Shown: positions 36,882 through 50,108 of the stretch, one piece after another
Layout: each line of letters opens with the position of its first letter
Position numbering within the stretch: position 1 is the first letter of the stretch
From: Azolla caroliniana
Lineage: Eukaryota; Plantae; Polypodiophyta
DNA length: 64,000 nucleotides
Assembly: GCA_043228905.1 (NCBI GenBank)
Contig: JBHGNT010000011.1
Coordinates: 11,098,001 to 11,162,000, forward strand
Direction: 5' to 3'
Notes under the pieces: model-generated
What the model was told of the DNA's origin: nothing
Seen by the model: only the letters and a program-made list of their open reading frames with translations
The model's database searches: none
Position numbers and translations under genes: made by a program

Positions 36882-37855
36882 TTCGAAAACACCATGTCAC
36901 CCTTTGAGTATTTATGGAGGAAAGTCGCATTGGAGGTAAAGGTTTATATTGTTGCTTCATAGACTTTAAGAAAACTTTTGATATGATACCTTGGGAGCAT
37001 TCTTTGGAGGCGAATGGAAGAAGTTGAGGTGCAAAGTGAATATATGAGAAGGTTATATGTTTTGTGCGTATGAGCGATAAACATCAGAATTTTCCAATAC
37101 CACTATTGGTGTTAAGCAAAGATGCCCACTCTCACCAACTCCATTTGGTCTATGCAAAAAGTCCCTCACATCGACTTCCTAGAATTGCATGGGAAGCAAG
37201 CAAAAAGATCCAAAAGACACATAAAAGCAAAATTTTGTGTTCCGGTTGGATGCAAGATATGAAAAAGTGGTTTGGTAAATGTGATGCAACGCATTTGCTT
37301 CAATATGCATCACGAGATTCCCTTGTAAATGAGGCATTTTTGCAACGTCAATGTATCATGACATGGGAAAAATGTGGAGGCTCATGCTTAACACATTATA
37401 CTACACATGTTGCACCTAACTACAAAACCATATTCTTTGCGGAATGAGGAAAACATACACATCAATACATGTTAGAGCCCATCTCGGCTTCCTTGCGACT
37501 TAGCTCATGTGCATTGCAATGTGAGACATGGCGTTGGGGCACAAGTGATTAGAATTATGGTTGACTATGCACACTTTGCCCTAAATAAGTTCGAGAGTTT
37601 GAGTATTAAACTTTGATACAATGCTTTGCCTTTGATCATATTTGACCATGTTTTCCACACATCTTCAACCAAGCCCAATCCTTACATGAATTTCTATCAC
37701 AACCACAATGTGCACTCTCGATTGCAACATTCATTGGTAAAGTTCTTGAACATCGGGAGTCGCTACTAACTTTCACACGTAACACATGAAATGTAATATT
37801 TTTGGTCTCATAGGTCATATTTGACCTCTGACGACAATAATAGAATCTATCTATC

Positions 37856-37858
<3 letters not shown>
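36882..37858 (+). mobile_element. 5'-truncated, internally deleted RTE-X-like LINE
   Basis: RT remnants CCFIDFKKTFD and GVKQRCPLSPT; C-terminal LRLSS...LCTLCP zinc-finger remnant; ATCT tail; (CT)n on both sides. Confidence 0.8.
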
Positions 37859-37891
<33 letters not shown>

Positions 37892-37894
<3 letters not shown>

Positions 37895-37977
37895 GATGAA
37901 TGGGTAAATATCCCATTTTTGTTGTACACCATTTGTCTCATGGGCCAATTTTGGCCTTAGAAGACGTTAATATATCT
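37892..37977 (+). mobile_element. 3' terminal stub of the LINE family at 52941-56415
   Basis: Reverse-complement match to 52981-53069; embedded in (CT)n. Confidence 0.82.
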
Positions 37978-37992
37978 TTCTTTCTTTCTTCT

Positions 37993-38029
<37 letters not shown>

Positions 38030-38030
<1 letters not shown>

Positions 38031-38348
38031 GTAAAAGCACACAATTATATTAATTGTATGTAAAATCCACTTAGTTACCACACGTCTTAGTCTCCTCTAC
38101 CTATCATATGCCTATGTATGGAGAGGGACGTTCTGTAATGCTACTAAAAAACCTGAATATGCATTTGAGGAAATGATCCCCACATGCTCTAACATCCAAA
38201 ATTTCCACATGAGAATACCGTTAAGCTTCTTTATATAGCCTTTCGCCCCATGTCTATTATCAAACATGAAAGCATTACACATATTCCAATTGTGTTGTAG
38301 ACCCCAAAAATATATATTACATGCATAGGGCAAGATTCGAACCTTGTA
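38030..38348 (-). mobile_element. 3' stub of a third L1-like LINE
   Basis: The end GGTAAAAGCACACAATTATATTAAT resembles the sequence from 15144; encodes WNMCNAFMF; (CT)n flanks. Confidence 0.65.
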
Positions 38349-38444
38349 CCTCTCTCTCTCTCACACACACACACACAGTTTTTGGGACGATGTAGGGATG
38401 TCGTGCCCCTCCCTCTCTATCAATTGAAAAATATATAATTGACA

Positions 38445-38590
38445 TAACCTAGCCGGTTTGAGTGGATTAAGCTAGGCTCAAGCCAAAGAAAACTGGTCCA
38501 GGAAAATCAAGCTTGAACCAAACCGCTAAACCGTTTAACAACGGTTAAACAACTCAATTCAAGCGTGTGTCAAACCATTGTCGACTCTTA
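38445..38590. mobile_element. Partial hAT-MITE remnant
   Basis: AAACC/AACGGTT motifs and a right end TTGTCGACTCTTA similar to the MITE at 50109-50479. No TSD found. Confidence 0.4.
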
Positions 38591-38611
38591 GCCATGAATG
38601 GGCTTGGTAAT

Positions 38612-39066
38612 TATTATAGATCTAGGTACTAAAGTAAGCTTAAGATAAGGATAAAGTAATGATATATAGAAAGGAGAAAGAGAAAGAAGGGTGCCGATCC
38701 ACCCGGCCACCCCCGAGCGAAGGGATCGACATGGACTCGAGCCTCGATCGGCGTCCCATACCACCGCCATGGCGTCGAGTCGTACTTGGTGCTGGCGCGC
38801 TCGCTACAAGAGTTGACCCACCACAAGAGCAGAGTCTCGATGTAGTCAAAAGATGATCAAATGAGGGTAGCTAGGCCTCTTATTTATAGCGATACCCAAG
38901 GCCCCCAGGCAAGTTCACACTTGACCTAATGGGTTGTCTCAATCCCGAGGATTAAAAGTAATCCTCCCCTTCTTTACACTCTCGTTTAACCCTCACACTT
39001 ATCCACGTGTATAGAATACTACGGTAAATTCTCACCACGAGATATTATATGGTCATGCCTGTAACA
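38612..39066 (-). repeat. 3' LTR of the chromovirus
   Basis: Matches 45173-45627. Confidence 0.96.
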
Positions 39067-42000
39067 TACTCCCCCTCTTTAAAACATTGCACTCTTGCAA
39101 TGGAAAGTTAGGGAAGTTAGTTCTAAGAGTATTTTCGCGTTCCCATGTGGCATCTTTTATTGATTTATCCATCCATTTTATTTTAAATTCTCGGATTTCT
39201 TTTGTACGTAATTTTTTTGTTTTAACATCGAGAATTCTTTCTAGTACATGTGGTTTAGAAGATAATTCAGATTCAGAAGTAACCAGAGTTTCAGTTGTGA
39301 CTGTATTGTCGCCAGAACCTAGAAGTTCTTTTAGACGACTCACATGAAAGACTGGATGAATTCCAACACCATCGGGAAGAGCGAGACGATAGGCTGATGA
39401 CCCAATGCGTTTGAGGACTGTAAAAGGTCCACAAAACCGTGGGGCTAACTTACCGCACTTACCCGTAGACAATGTCTTAGAATTGTGAGGTACATGTAAA
39501 AATACCTTCTGTCCAGGGTTGAATACACGAGGTTGCCTATGATGATCAGCATAAAAACACGCTCTATCTTGAGCTGTTTTTATATTATCTCGTGCAATAT
39601 GCAACATATCTTGCATATCCCGAAGAAAGTTTTGCGTACTTCGCAACTCATCATGATGTATATTAACATCAATCGGGGCTCGTGGCTGAAAACCATACAT
39701 CAACATAAAAGGACTATATCCCGTCGACGTATGCTTGGAGCTGTTATAAGCAAACTCCAAAATTGGGAGATAACGTTCCCATTTTGTTGGTTTTGCACCA
39801 ATGTATGCTCGAAGCATGTCCTCAATAATTTGATTTACTCGTTCTGTTTGTCCATCGGATTGAGGATGATCCGTGGAGCTCATGCTCAACGTAGTTTCTA
39901 ACTTCTTAAAGACTTGCGTCCAGAAGTCACTAGTAAACTTTGGATCTTGATCACTCACGATATCCATCGGCAACCCATAAAAACGAAATAATTCATCAAC
40001 GAATTGGTAAGCCAATTCAGGAGCTGTTACCATGGTTTTAGTAGCAATAAATCTAGCCATTTTAGTTAGTCGATCAACGACAACCCAGATGGCATCATGA
40101 CCTTTTTGGGTGCGAGGAAGGCTAACAATAAAATCCATGGATATACTTTCCCACTTATTATTGGGAATGTCCAAGGGATGTAAAAGTCTTGCGGCTTTAA
40201 GTCGCTCGGCTTTGTTAACTTGACATTGGTGACATTTAGTCACATAGCTATGTATGTTAGGACGCATCTTAGGCCAATAAAATTGAGTGGAGATGAGAAC
40301 GAGTGTACGATGTATTCCAGGGTGCCCTGCTGAGGGTGCATCATGGCATTCAAAAAGAATCCTCTTTTTGACCTCAGGTAAATCTGGAACACAAACCTTC
40401 CCATTACGGTAGAGCAAACCGTTAGCAATGTGGAAGTATTCCTTCAAGGATGTGGTGGTGTCTATTCCAGACTCAACTCTTGCCCAATATTTTGCAAAAT
40501 AACTGTCATCAGGATACTTTCCTCGAAGGTGATCATAAAGATCTGATGTTATTTCAGTGAAGCTGAGCATGTTAACTTCACAGATGCGACTTAGTGCATC
40601 AGCGACAGTGTTCATGGAACCTTTACGATATCGTATGGAAAAATCAAAGTCCTGGATGAAATCAGCCCATCGTGCCTTACGACCTTTCAGGTCTTGTTGG
40701 TCACAAAAATATTTCAAGGACTCGTGGTCCGTAGTTACCACAAAGCGATTTCCATAAAGATAATGGCGCCATGTTTTGAGCGCATGTATAACTGCAAATA
40801 ATTCCTTTTCTTGAACGGTATACCGACATTGAGCAGAATCAAGTTTATTACTCTCGAATGCTATTGGTTTACCATCTTGATACAAGACAGCACCTATAGC
40901 ATAATCGTTGGCATCGGTTTCAACCTCAAAAGGTTTTGAAGGATCAGGTAAAAGAAGTGAAGGAGCCTTGCAAACCAGGTCCTTGAGTTCCCTAAAGGCG
41001 AGGTCTAGTGTACCATTCCACACAATAGGGTTTGTAGAGTTACGCATTTGACCTTTTAAAAGATCAGTAAACGGCGTCGTCAATTGGGAGTAATTACGAA
41101 GAGACTTTCGCAAAAACCCGACAAAACCAAGGAATGATCAAACTTCTCAAATATTCCGAAGAGTGGGCCAAAGCTTGATTTTCTCAATGCGAGAAGGATC
41201 AATTTCAACTCCTCATTCGGTTATGAGATGTCCAAGATAAGTAATTGATTTCTTGAAGAACTCACATTTTGAGATCTTCGCATAAAACTGTTTGTCACGC
41301 AATGTTTGCAAAACAAAGCGGACATGTCTAGCATGTTCTTGTAATGTACGGCTATAAACTAAAATATCATTCAAGAAAATAACGACAAATTTTCCAAGTT
41401 GTTCTCGGAAAATGTCATTCATTTCTTGTTGAAATGTAGCCAGAGCATTGGTCAAACCAAAAGGCATAACCAAAAACTCGTAATGGCCATAGCGCGTACG
41501 AAATGCCGTTTTAGGAACATCGTCCTCACTTATTCGTATTTGATGGTAGCCAGTACGGAGATCAAGTTTCGTAAAATACCGAGCTACCTGAAGACAGTCA
41601 ATTAGATCGTCAGCCCGGGGCAATGGGTATGAATTCTTGATCGTCACTTTATTCAAGCGTCGGTAATTAATACACATACGCCATGTGCCCTCTTTCTTTT
41701 TTACCAAGAGAACTGGTGCACCCCATGGAGATTTACTATAACGTATATAACCCATTCGTAAATAGTCCTTGAGTTGCTTAGATACCTCATCTTCTTCGGA
41801 TAGACTTAAGCGATACAGAGGTATACTTATTGGTGCAACACCAGGTACAATATCTATACGATGGTCTATATTACATTTAGGAGGTAACCCATCAGGTAGT
41901 TCACTTGGAAAAACATCATGAAAATCATTTACAATTTCATCAAGTTGTTGTTGTTCAAAATATGTTAATTGAGCCGGGACATTATCGATATTGTAAATGT

Positions 42001-43489
42001 GAATGTCCGGATCAAGTACACAATAAAATAAAGTAGAACAAGACAACTCGGATATTGATGGACACGAGGAAACAATCGAGAGGGATTGTTTTTTTACACA
42101 TTGAATAAAATGCGTACAATCGTTCAGTACAAAAGAAATGGAATGACGAACCCAATCAATAAATAAAGAAGAGTTTTTATTATAAAACCAGGGATAACCC
42201 AGTATTACATCGGTGGTACAAAGATTCATTACATGGAAGTCTATTTCCTCTATATAAGTATCAATAGAAATTCCTAATGAATGAATCGCCTCGTTGATGT
42301 ATTGTACTCTTCCATCAGCCAAGTGCACCGTGTAGGTGTGATCACTTACGATGGGTTGGATTCCCCATATCTGAACCAAACGATCATTCATAAAATTGTG
42401 TGAGCTTCCCGAATCAAATAAAAATTGTACGGGAGATCCATTGATATACCCGTTTGCACGTAGTAAGTCATTGGGACCCAATACATAGTGAGGGAAAGAA
42501 CATTGACAATTACTTAAATGATGTGTATAGACCTGAAGGACATTAGGAATCTGACCTTTATGGTCTGCAGCTTTAGCTTTGTTGTCGCGCTCTTTCCGTT
42601 GGAGCTTTCGACATTGATCTTTTGTATGACCCTTCTTTTTGCAGAATACGCAAAAAGGATGTTGTCGCTTACAATCGCGATCCAGGAATTCGTTGGGTGT
42701 CTTGCGTTTCCCAACAAATTGCGATTGCTTAGTCCCGGGCGCTTCGTTGGGTTTGTTGTGGTCCTTCTTCGAAGTGCGCTGATAGCGAAGAACTATTTCA
42801 ACAGCCTCTTCGAAGGATTTTGGATCCTTATCGTGCACTATCCAGTGATAGTCCGAATTGGGGATGCCATTGACAAAACAAGCTATCAACCAATTGTCCC
42901 CTTCTAGACCCGATTTTTGGATTTGGGTTCTAGCATGGTGAACATAGTCTTCTAGTGAGGAAAATTTCCTGTTAGAGAGGTTCATTAAAGCTTGTGCTGC
43001 CTCGGTTCAAGAGGGAGGTTGCAGAAATTGACCCTTAAAAACCGTGACAAAATCTGTCCAGGTATCGGGCAATTTCCCCATAGTACGGAGCCCCCGCCAC
43101 CAGGCGGCGGCCTTACCCCCGAGTTCTCGGTCGACATATGCAATCTTCATACTCTCTGGCGTGGGATAGAGCTCAAAATGAGACTCCCATCGTCCCAGCC
43201 ATGTGCAGATTGCTTCTTCGGTTCTTTCCTTTTTGTCTCCCGTAAATGGCTTAACGACAAATGATGGTTCACCTTGTCGCTCATCAGGTCTATTAGTCTC
43301 ACGTTGTAGACTAATGACACGTGCCTCAAGAGCACTCTGAGATTGCCGAAGTTCGGTCATCTGTTGATCGGTGAAACTAAGGTATTGGGTTATTTGTGCC
43401 AAATACATCTCCGTGGACATTTGTCCAGGAGGATTCCCTTGAGTTCCTTCCGCTTGAGCAGATGACATCGGGTCGTTAATTTGAGTCAT
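39053..43489 (-). pseudogene. Chromovirus gag-pol, one frame broken by in-frame stops
   Basis: ORFs 43007-43489, 41213-42985 and 39053-41113 share a frame. Motifs: [14 protein letters not shown]; [10 protein letters not shown]; RT catalytic motif mutated to FLND; RH ETDANDYAIGAVL; IN HDAPSAGHPG, SMDFIV, DGQTERVN; GPF module; chromodomain ERILD...FKIKW...DATWE. Confidence 0.95.
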
Positions 43490-44663
43490 TAAAGATTATT
43501 TCTGGAAAAGAAATATGACAAGGTCAAAGATATAGTCATAACATCATGTCGTGATGTAAACATATCATGGGCGAGCATTAATCGATATCATTATCTCACG
43601 TCAATACCCCTCTAGACGTATGAGATGAGGTTCAAGATCAGGTTACTATGGTAACACAAAGGTGTTTTAAAAACCATGGGGGTGACAAATAAATGTCTTT
43701 CCCTGATCTCTATATCGATTTTTTCATGGTGGCTCCCCGAGGCTCAACTGTGTATGTTCGCGTCATGAATTGTTTATACACGAAAAAAATGTTAACAATA
43801 AACTATGTTTCGGTGCCCACATATGTGGTTTCGGCTCTTTAAGTCCTATTACGAGGACCCCGAGGTGCACTTAGACCTTAAGTCTAAACATGTGTTATAG
43901 TCATATGTATCAAGGATGTTGTATGGTCTTGGTCATATTTGAACTCAAGACCTCGAGAACAAATACATTAAACACTTGAGCCAACCAAGTAAGTTGCTCT
44001 TCTCGAATGCTTAATGTTTGATGCGTATAAGAGATATGCGAGATCATATATGTTTTTTCTAAAAGAACATATATGTCAAGGGTCCTTATTTCGCCCTCAT
44101 TTACCAAAACTATGTTGGTACGTTACCTAACCTCAAGTCTCGTAATTACGATGGCATACGCCAAAGTGCAACCTAATGGTCAAGCCAAATGAGCCCTCGT
44201 TTCGTAGTAGGCTCACGTGGCCCATCACATGGTCACGTCATTACGAATGCCTCTCGTAAGAATGAGCTCATGGTGGCATCGTATCCATGTAACGAAGGAG
44301 GGATATTGGATACGTGTGTCATTGGAGCGACCTCACTTGAAATGGGTCAAGCCCTACGTACTCAACATCATTATGGCTATAGGCGTTTCTTTACGTAACG
44401 AAATCGAGGTCATCAACGGGGTTGTCAACAATAAAAAATTGTTGAAAAAGGGATGGTGACAACGCCATTCTCACAAAAATGTGAGGATGGCCACCAACAT
44501 CCTTTTTCCGACAAGGACAACTTTCGATATAATCACGTAATAACGAATATACACATATGTTTACTTATCACATATATACGATCAAATACGTATATATGTG
44601 ACCGCATATGCCTATATTAAACATATCGTTATATTAAATAGTCACAAATGATGTGATCGAGAT

Positions 44664-44925
44664 ACGTAATCGAGGTATATACCTCTACGCACACGAAAAA
44701 TCCTCAAATAAGAGATCATCGTAATACGCAATTGAGGTATTGATCTCTTATGCATACGAAACCAACCGCATATCGTTTACAACAAATCAAGGTATTAAAC
44801 TCATACGCAAACGTAACATATGTTCGTGAACGTAATACGTAATTGAGGTATTAACCTCGTACGCATACGACACTCATCACATATTATTAATGTGTCGAAC
44901 GAGGTATTGACCTCGTGCACATATG
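44664..44925. repeat. Five spaced degenerate palindromic repeats (GAGGTATTRACCTC core) in the chromovirus 5' leader
   Basis: Cores at 44672, 44734, 44789, 44845 and 44901. Confidence 0.8.
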
Positions 44926-45172
44926 TAAACGTTTTAGATAATCAATTAAAGACCACTACAACATCATTGACTTAATGAAAAAAATTGACATATAAACTAA
45001 ACACATGATTAGATGGGAGAAGAGAGAATAGAAAGAAAAATTATGGAAAGAGTTACCGAAGTTCTTTGTTGATCGTTGTTTGGATCAAGGCCGACTGCAC
45101 ATCAATCGATCAACATCAATCAAAAGACAAATGAAAAACAAAGAAACATTAGTACATAAATCTGATACCAAA

Positions 45173-45627
45173 TATTATAGATCTAGGTACTAAAGTAAGC
45201 TTAAGATAAGGATAAAGTAATGATAGATAGAAAGGAGAAAGAGAAAGAAGGGTGCCGATCCACCCGACCACCCCCGAGCGAAGGGATCAAGACGGACTCG
45301 AGCCTCGATCAGCGTCCCATACCACCGCCGTGGCGTCGAGTCGTACCTGGTGCTGGCGCGCTCGCTACAAGAGTTGACCCACCACAAGAGCAGAGTCTTG
45401 ATGTAGTCAAAAGATGATCAAATGAGGGTAGCTAGGCCTCTTATTTATAGCGATACCCAAGGCCCCCAGGCAAGTTCACACTTGACCTAATGGGTTGTCT
45501 CAATCCCGAGGATTAAAAGTAATCCTCCCCTTCTTTACACTCTCGTTTAACCCTCACACTTATCCACGTGTATAGAATACTACGGTAAATTCTCACCACG
45601 GGATATTATATGGTCATGCCCGTAACA
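45173..45627 (-). repeat. 5' LTR of the chromovirus
   Basis: Adjacent to the PBS; matches 38612-39066. Confidence 0.96.
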
Positions 45628-47826
45628 GTAATGGTGATGGAAACCCTTATCCATTGATTTACTTCTCAGACATATTTTGTGGAATTAAATAACCTGGACA
45701 TGAAAATCATGCATACTTAAAAAATTGCTAACACGTCCAAATTTTGCAAGCATGGGCCTTGCAAGACCCATAAGTTACATTTGCTTCAAATGGGTTATTC
45801 TATATATTATAACAAAGCCAACACAACCTAATGCTTATGTTAATATGCATCGGTAGAGTTGCATAGCCATGAATTCCAAGATCCATTTGTTAAACAAGTT
45901 CTAGAACCTCTATACATACATACACACGTGAAAATTGTGGTATGCTTTCAAGATTTTAGGCTTTGTTTCCTTGAAAAGATGTTGAGTATGAAGATCGTGT
46001 ACTTCTTGTATATCGTCACATAAAATCGAAAAACCTCAAATTTGTATTGAACTTAGTTAAGAGACAACATTATTATCATAATCAATCATATGTACAATAT
46101 TTCTACATTTTTTTGTTGACATAAGCTTGCCAAGCACCTTTGTGAAATGTTTTCTAGTTAGTGAACTTTATTTAAGAATCATGTCATCGCAACATGCAAC
46201 AAGTGCTACGGATATTTTTATTCAGACATTGCACATTCTACATGGCTATGAAGGAGCAAAGGTTAAGAGATACACGAATCAAAGGTCAAATACAAATGTA
46301 ATAAAATAATTGAAGCAATTTATAGTAATCTATCTCTGCAACAATGTGGGGCAACAATATATGTGAGATGAGGACATATGACAATGATTTTAAGAGGCGT
46401 CTTTTTATAGGATATAGAGTTGTTTCTTGTATGTGTTTATTCATACTTGGCCGTACACATTAGTAAGCCCATACCAATCTACGAATGCTTACATCTACAA
46501 AACTCCTTTAAGGACACTCCCCATACATGAGACATTTGAAGCTGAACTACATATACGTCCATATTGATGCTCAAAGGTTATTCATATATTTCATGTGCCA
46601 TAGCTCGAGTAAACTTAATGTTGTCTTTCTTAGACCTTCAAAACAAAAGGAGATTTTAAGGTGAACTACTCAAATGGGCACAAAATACTCATGCATCAAA
46701 ACCTCTTCCTTATCAAACAATGCAACATTTGTATGACTTGCCTTTTAATAAGAATTTTGTGGGTTTGATCAGTCCAAATCTCTTTTGAAACAATTGAATA
46801 ATCAGATTTCAACATAAACTAAATCAAGAAAATACGTAAAAGAAGAACAATTCACCAAGAACTTTTTCCCATGAGTTTTTTGCGCTAGGAAATAAAAAGA
46901 TGGCTTCTCAATATACTTTTGACATCTTAAATGCAAACTCCCTCTTATCTAAGAAAGGAAATGTTAAAACCCCATTGGCTAACCGTATAATAGTTTGAGT
47001 TGATGTGATGTAGCACATATACACATAAAAATTGTGTCCATAATTAGCAAATAAAGAAACATGAAAAATCTCTAAATAGCTTTAATGCATACATTTTATA
47101 ACTAATGAAAAAATAGACATTTTCAATGTACCCGAGTTTATGGACTTGTTGTGGATGTAACACCCCTTTACAAAAGAGAAGGATACAATAAAGTCTAGGA
47201 TTATGGTCCATACAAGAAGATACACGGTCAACCATCAATAAGGGGAGAACTTGGATGAGAAAGGAACAAACTAGATGGAACCTGAATAGTTAGTTTGTAA
47301 CATAGCCTCTATTTCATGGCAATTGTCTAAGAAATGTTTATCTAGGAACTCGTGTTATCAATGACATTTATGAGTTGACATATATGGTGAAGGCCAAAAA
47401 ACACAAAGGTAATACTGTAAATAGTGAGCATAATAGTTTGTGTGGGTGCATGTAGCCAATTATAGACTACAAATGCATTGCCTTCATCAATACTATATAT
47501 CTGATTTCCCTCTTTCATTTCTTTGGGGCAAGGAACCCTTAACTATATACACTATCTACATTTCTATTTGCAGAACTGAGATTATTAGTATCTAGATCTT
47601 ACATAATTATGCATGAGTAACTGAGATGCATAATGTAATTATTATTATTATTATTATAGGATATCATATATAATTGTTGATATTGACTACTTTCTAGCAA
47701 TAATGATTGGGCTTATGTTACATAGATGCGCAATGTGGCCTTCCACTTTGTGCATCCTCAATGGTTGCGTCTTCTTGTAATTTATTTCCTAAGCAATGTT
47801 ACTATATTTTTAATTAATTTGTTCAC

Positions 47827-49500
47827 ATTCTCCCTCATTTCCAACAAAGGGAATTTATTGAAATACTATAAATAGTTTCTCAGACCAATGGCATGATGAC
47901 AATCTTCAAGTTTAGTTTTTAGAATTGACCTTGTAAGAAGTTGTCCCATTGATCTCTCCATAGTATGAAATCAAGTTCAATTTCCTTTCATTCTTTAGTT
48001 TCCTCATGAAATTCTTTGATGTAGAGTACTTGTAAGTTGTAAGTGTAGTTCACATGTTTTATATTTTTTGTTTACATTATGTGTCGGTGGTTTGATGAGA
48101 ATCATACATGAATTGTATTCAAATTTGAATAAAAAAGTGGTGTTGAAGGAGAGTTTGTGTTATGTAGATAATCATTGAGATTTAGCATAGTCATACTACT
48201 TGTGCAACTTGGGCAACACCGACAAATATGTAGTTAATCAATGACAGTGTGACAAAGTATCATTTCTTCGATTTGTCATTGTTCCAAATTCCAATAAGAG
48301 TTAGAACATCCTTTGAATTGAAGTTCCACCATATTTGAAGAGATAGATATAGATAGACGATAGATATTTTTAGTGTCAATAGAGAGGCCAATGTAGAATA
48401 CCTTGTTTGGAGGCGTGTGTTAGATATTGCAAAACTTTGACTAATGATATCCAATGTTAGAAACCATAATTGTTCATAAAGTGTGGGAGTAAGCCGATGA
48501 TGAAGGCTAGATCTAGTTGAGTCCATGACCCAACGTATCCCAAACTTCTGAGTATTTGACAATGGGGAAGTATTGGCATTTTCACTCCTTGCTTTTAGGA
48601 GACATTTCCAAGGAATATAAAATTTTAGTATTTCTTAAATGAATATGGTGCTTTTGTTGTGATCGTGCTCTATTTGAAGTCCTCGATAGTGACTTAAATG
48701 ACCACCATGAGACATTTCAAATTTAATTTGAAGTTCTTTTTTGTCAATGAATAAAAGAGATTTGCTACAACTCATTAGACTGATATGATTGACATACATT
48801 GCAATGATAAGGATACCAACATTTCTACATAGAAATTGCATGAAAGACAATCATATCCTATTTAAAGAATAAATTTATATTGTGGACATTGGCAAGATGC
48901 TAATCGGCGAGATGGCTGATGTGGACTGAATGAAGAAATTTTTCTGTGATAAGGATGAGTGAAGATGGTGAGGGGGTTGAAACCGACTATCAGGAGTGGG
49001 TAGATGATTGTGGTGTAACCGGCGCATGGCTGTTGTGAGAACGTGAAGGTTGTGATAAACCAGAGTGTTGATGGTATGGAGATTCAATACAAGTATATTT
49101 ACGATGATCGTGGAGATGAAGGACATGGTCATTTCGACATGGGAGAGGATAGATGGGGGCTGTCCAAGGTGACCAATCATGTTTTACCTCAAGCGGCATG
49201 TGCATCATGGACTGTTTTGGTGTCTTCAACTGGAACAGATGAAGAAGGCCTTGATGTACAAAAATTTGCCAAAAGCAATATCTTGTGAACAAACAGGGTA
49301 TATATGTTGAGTAGGACTACCAACAAACAGGGTGGACAACCAGGGTATGTTGAGCATGACTACCAACAAGAAATGTATTCTCTTCGACTGCGGGAATTTG
49401 TGTGGTTATGGGGAGATTGATGGTAGGGTCCCCGAGTATATCCCCTTTATATGTGGTATAACAAAGGTGTTATTGGCAAGAGATTTGTTTTCATAGTTTA
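47827..49500 (-). mobile_element. Highly degraded Ty1/copia pol remnant
   Basis: ILIIAMYVNHI resembles YVDD and KFEMSHGGHLSHYRGLQI resembles FEMxDLG.L.YFLG. The RNase H end is followed by a PPT-like GAGGGAGAA-TG near 47826. Boundaries are approximate. Confidence 0.65.
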
Positions 49501-50108
49501 TAATTATCCTTATCTTGCCAAATGCCATCACTTATATTTGGTCCTTTCTTTGATGATATATACTTGTAGAGATGGAAAATATTATAGTCTATTTGTATAG
49601 TGCCTCTGGCCTTTTTAATTTTAATACCAATGGAGCATAATTTTTATGGAAAAAAAAGAATAAATTTATATTTAAATGTGTAATATCAACTCTTACGTGT
49701 TTGTATAAGTTTAAAAAGGGTTTTTTTAAAGGCAACACTCAATCGGGGTGTTGTAATTGTATAAAATTAGGTAGTTGGTTCATATATCTACTGCAGTACT
49801 GAGAATTTTGGTTTTGACATCCATTGGGTGAATGTTTAGTCCAACTTTATACTCGAAGATTGTGCCATCATAATTGAGTTTGAGACACAAAAGCCAAAAT
49901 CAACTTAGTATCCAACACATTTAATTTGTCTATCCTTCTAAACCAAATATCATCAAGAGATTGTAACCTTCCCCTTACCATGCTTGATATCTTCTTTTCT
50001 CTAAAGCATGAATTAATTTTTTGTCCATGGTCATTGGCAATCAAATAGGTCCTTGTGAAAGGCTCAATGAGACAACATATGTCCATAGAGATTTAATATC
50101 GTTGCCCA

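Larger units (their letters stand above)
38612..45627 (-). mobile_element. Full-length Ty3/gypsy chromovirus LTR retrotransposon
   Basis: 455-bp LTRs at 38612-39066 and 45173-45627 (about 11 differences); TSD GTAAT at 38607-38611 and 45628-45632; Met PBS at 45161-45170; PPT at 39067-39080; order gag-PR-RT-RH-IN-chromodomain. Confidence 0.97.

Noticed and set aside
42986-43009. Programmed stop-codon readthrough between chromovirus ORFs
   Set aside because: The element has other in-frame stops and a mutated RT active site, so decay is the simpler explanation.
44664-44925. CRISPR array (palindromic repeats with unique spacers)
   Set aside because: The repeats are degenerate, there are no cas genes, and the array lies inside a plant retrotransposon leader.
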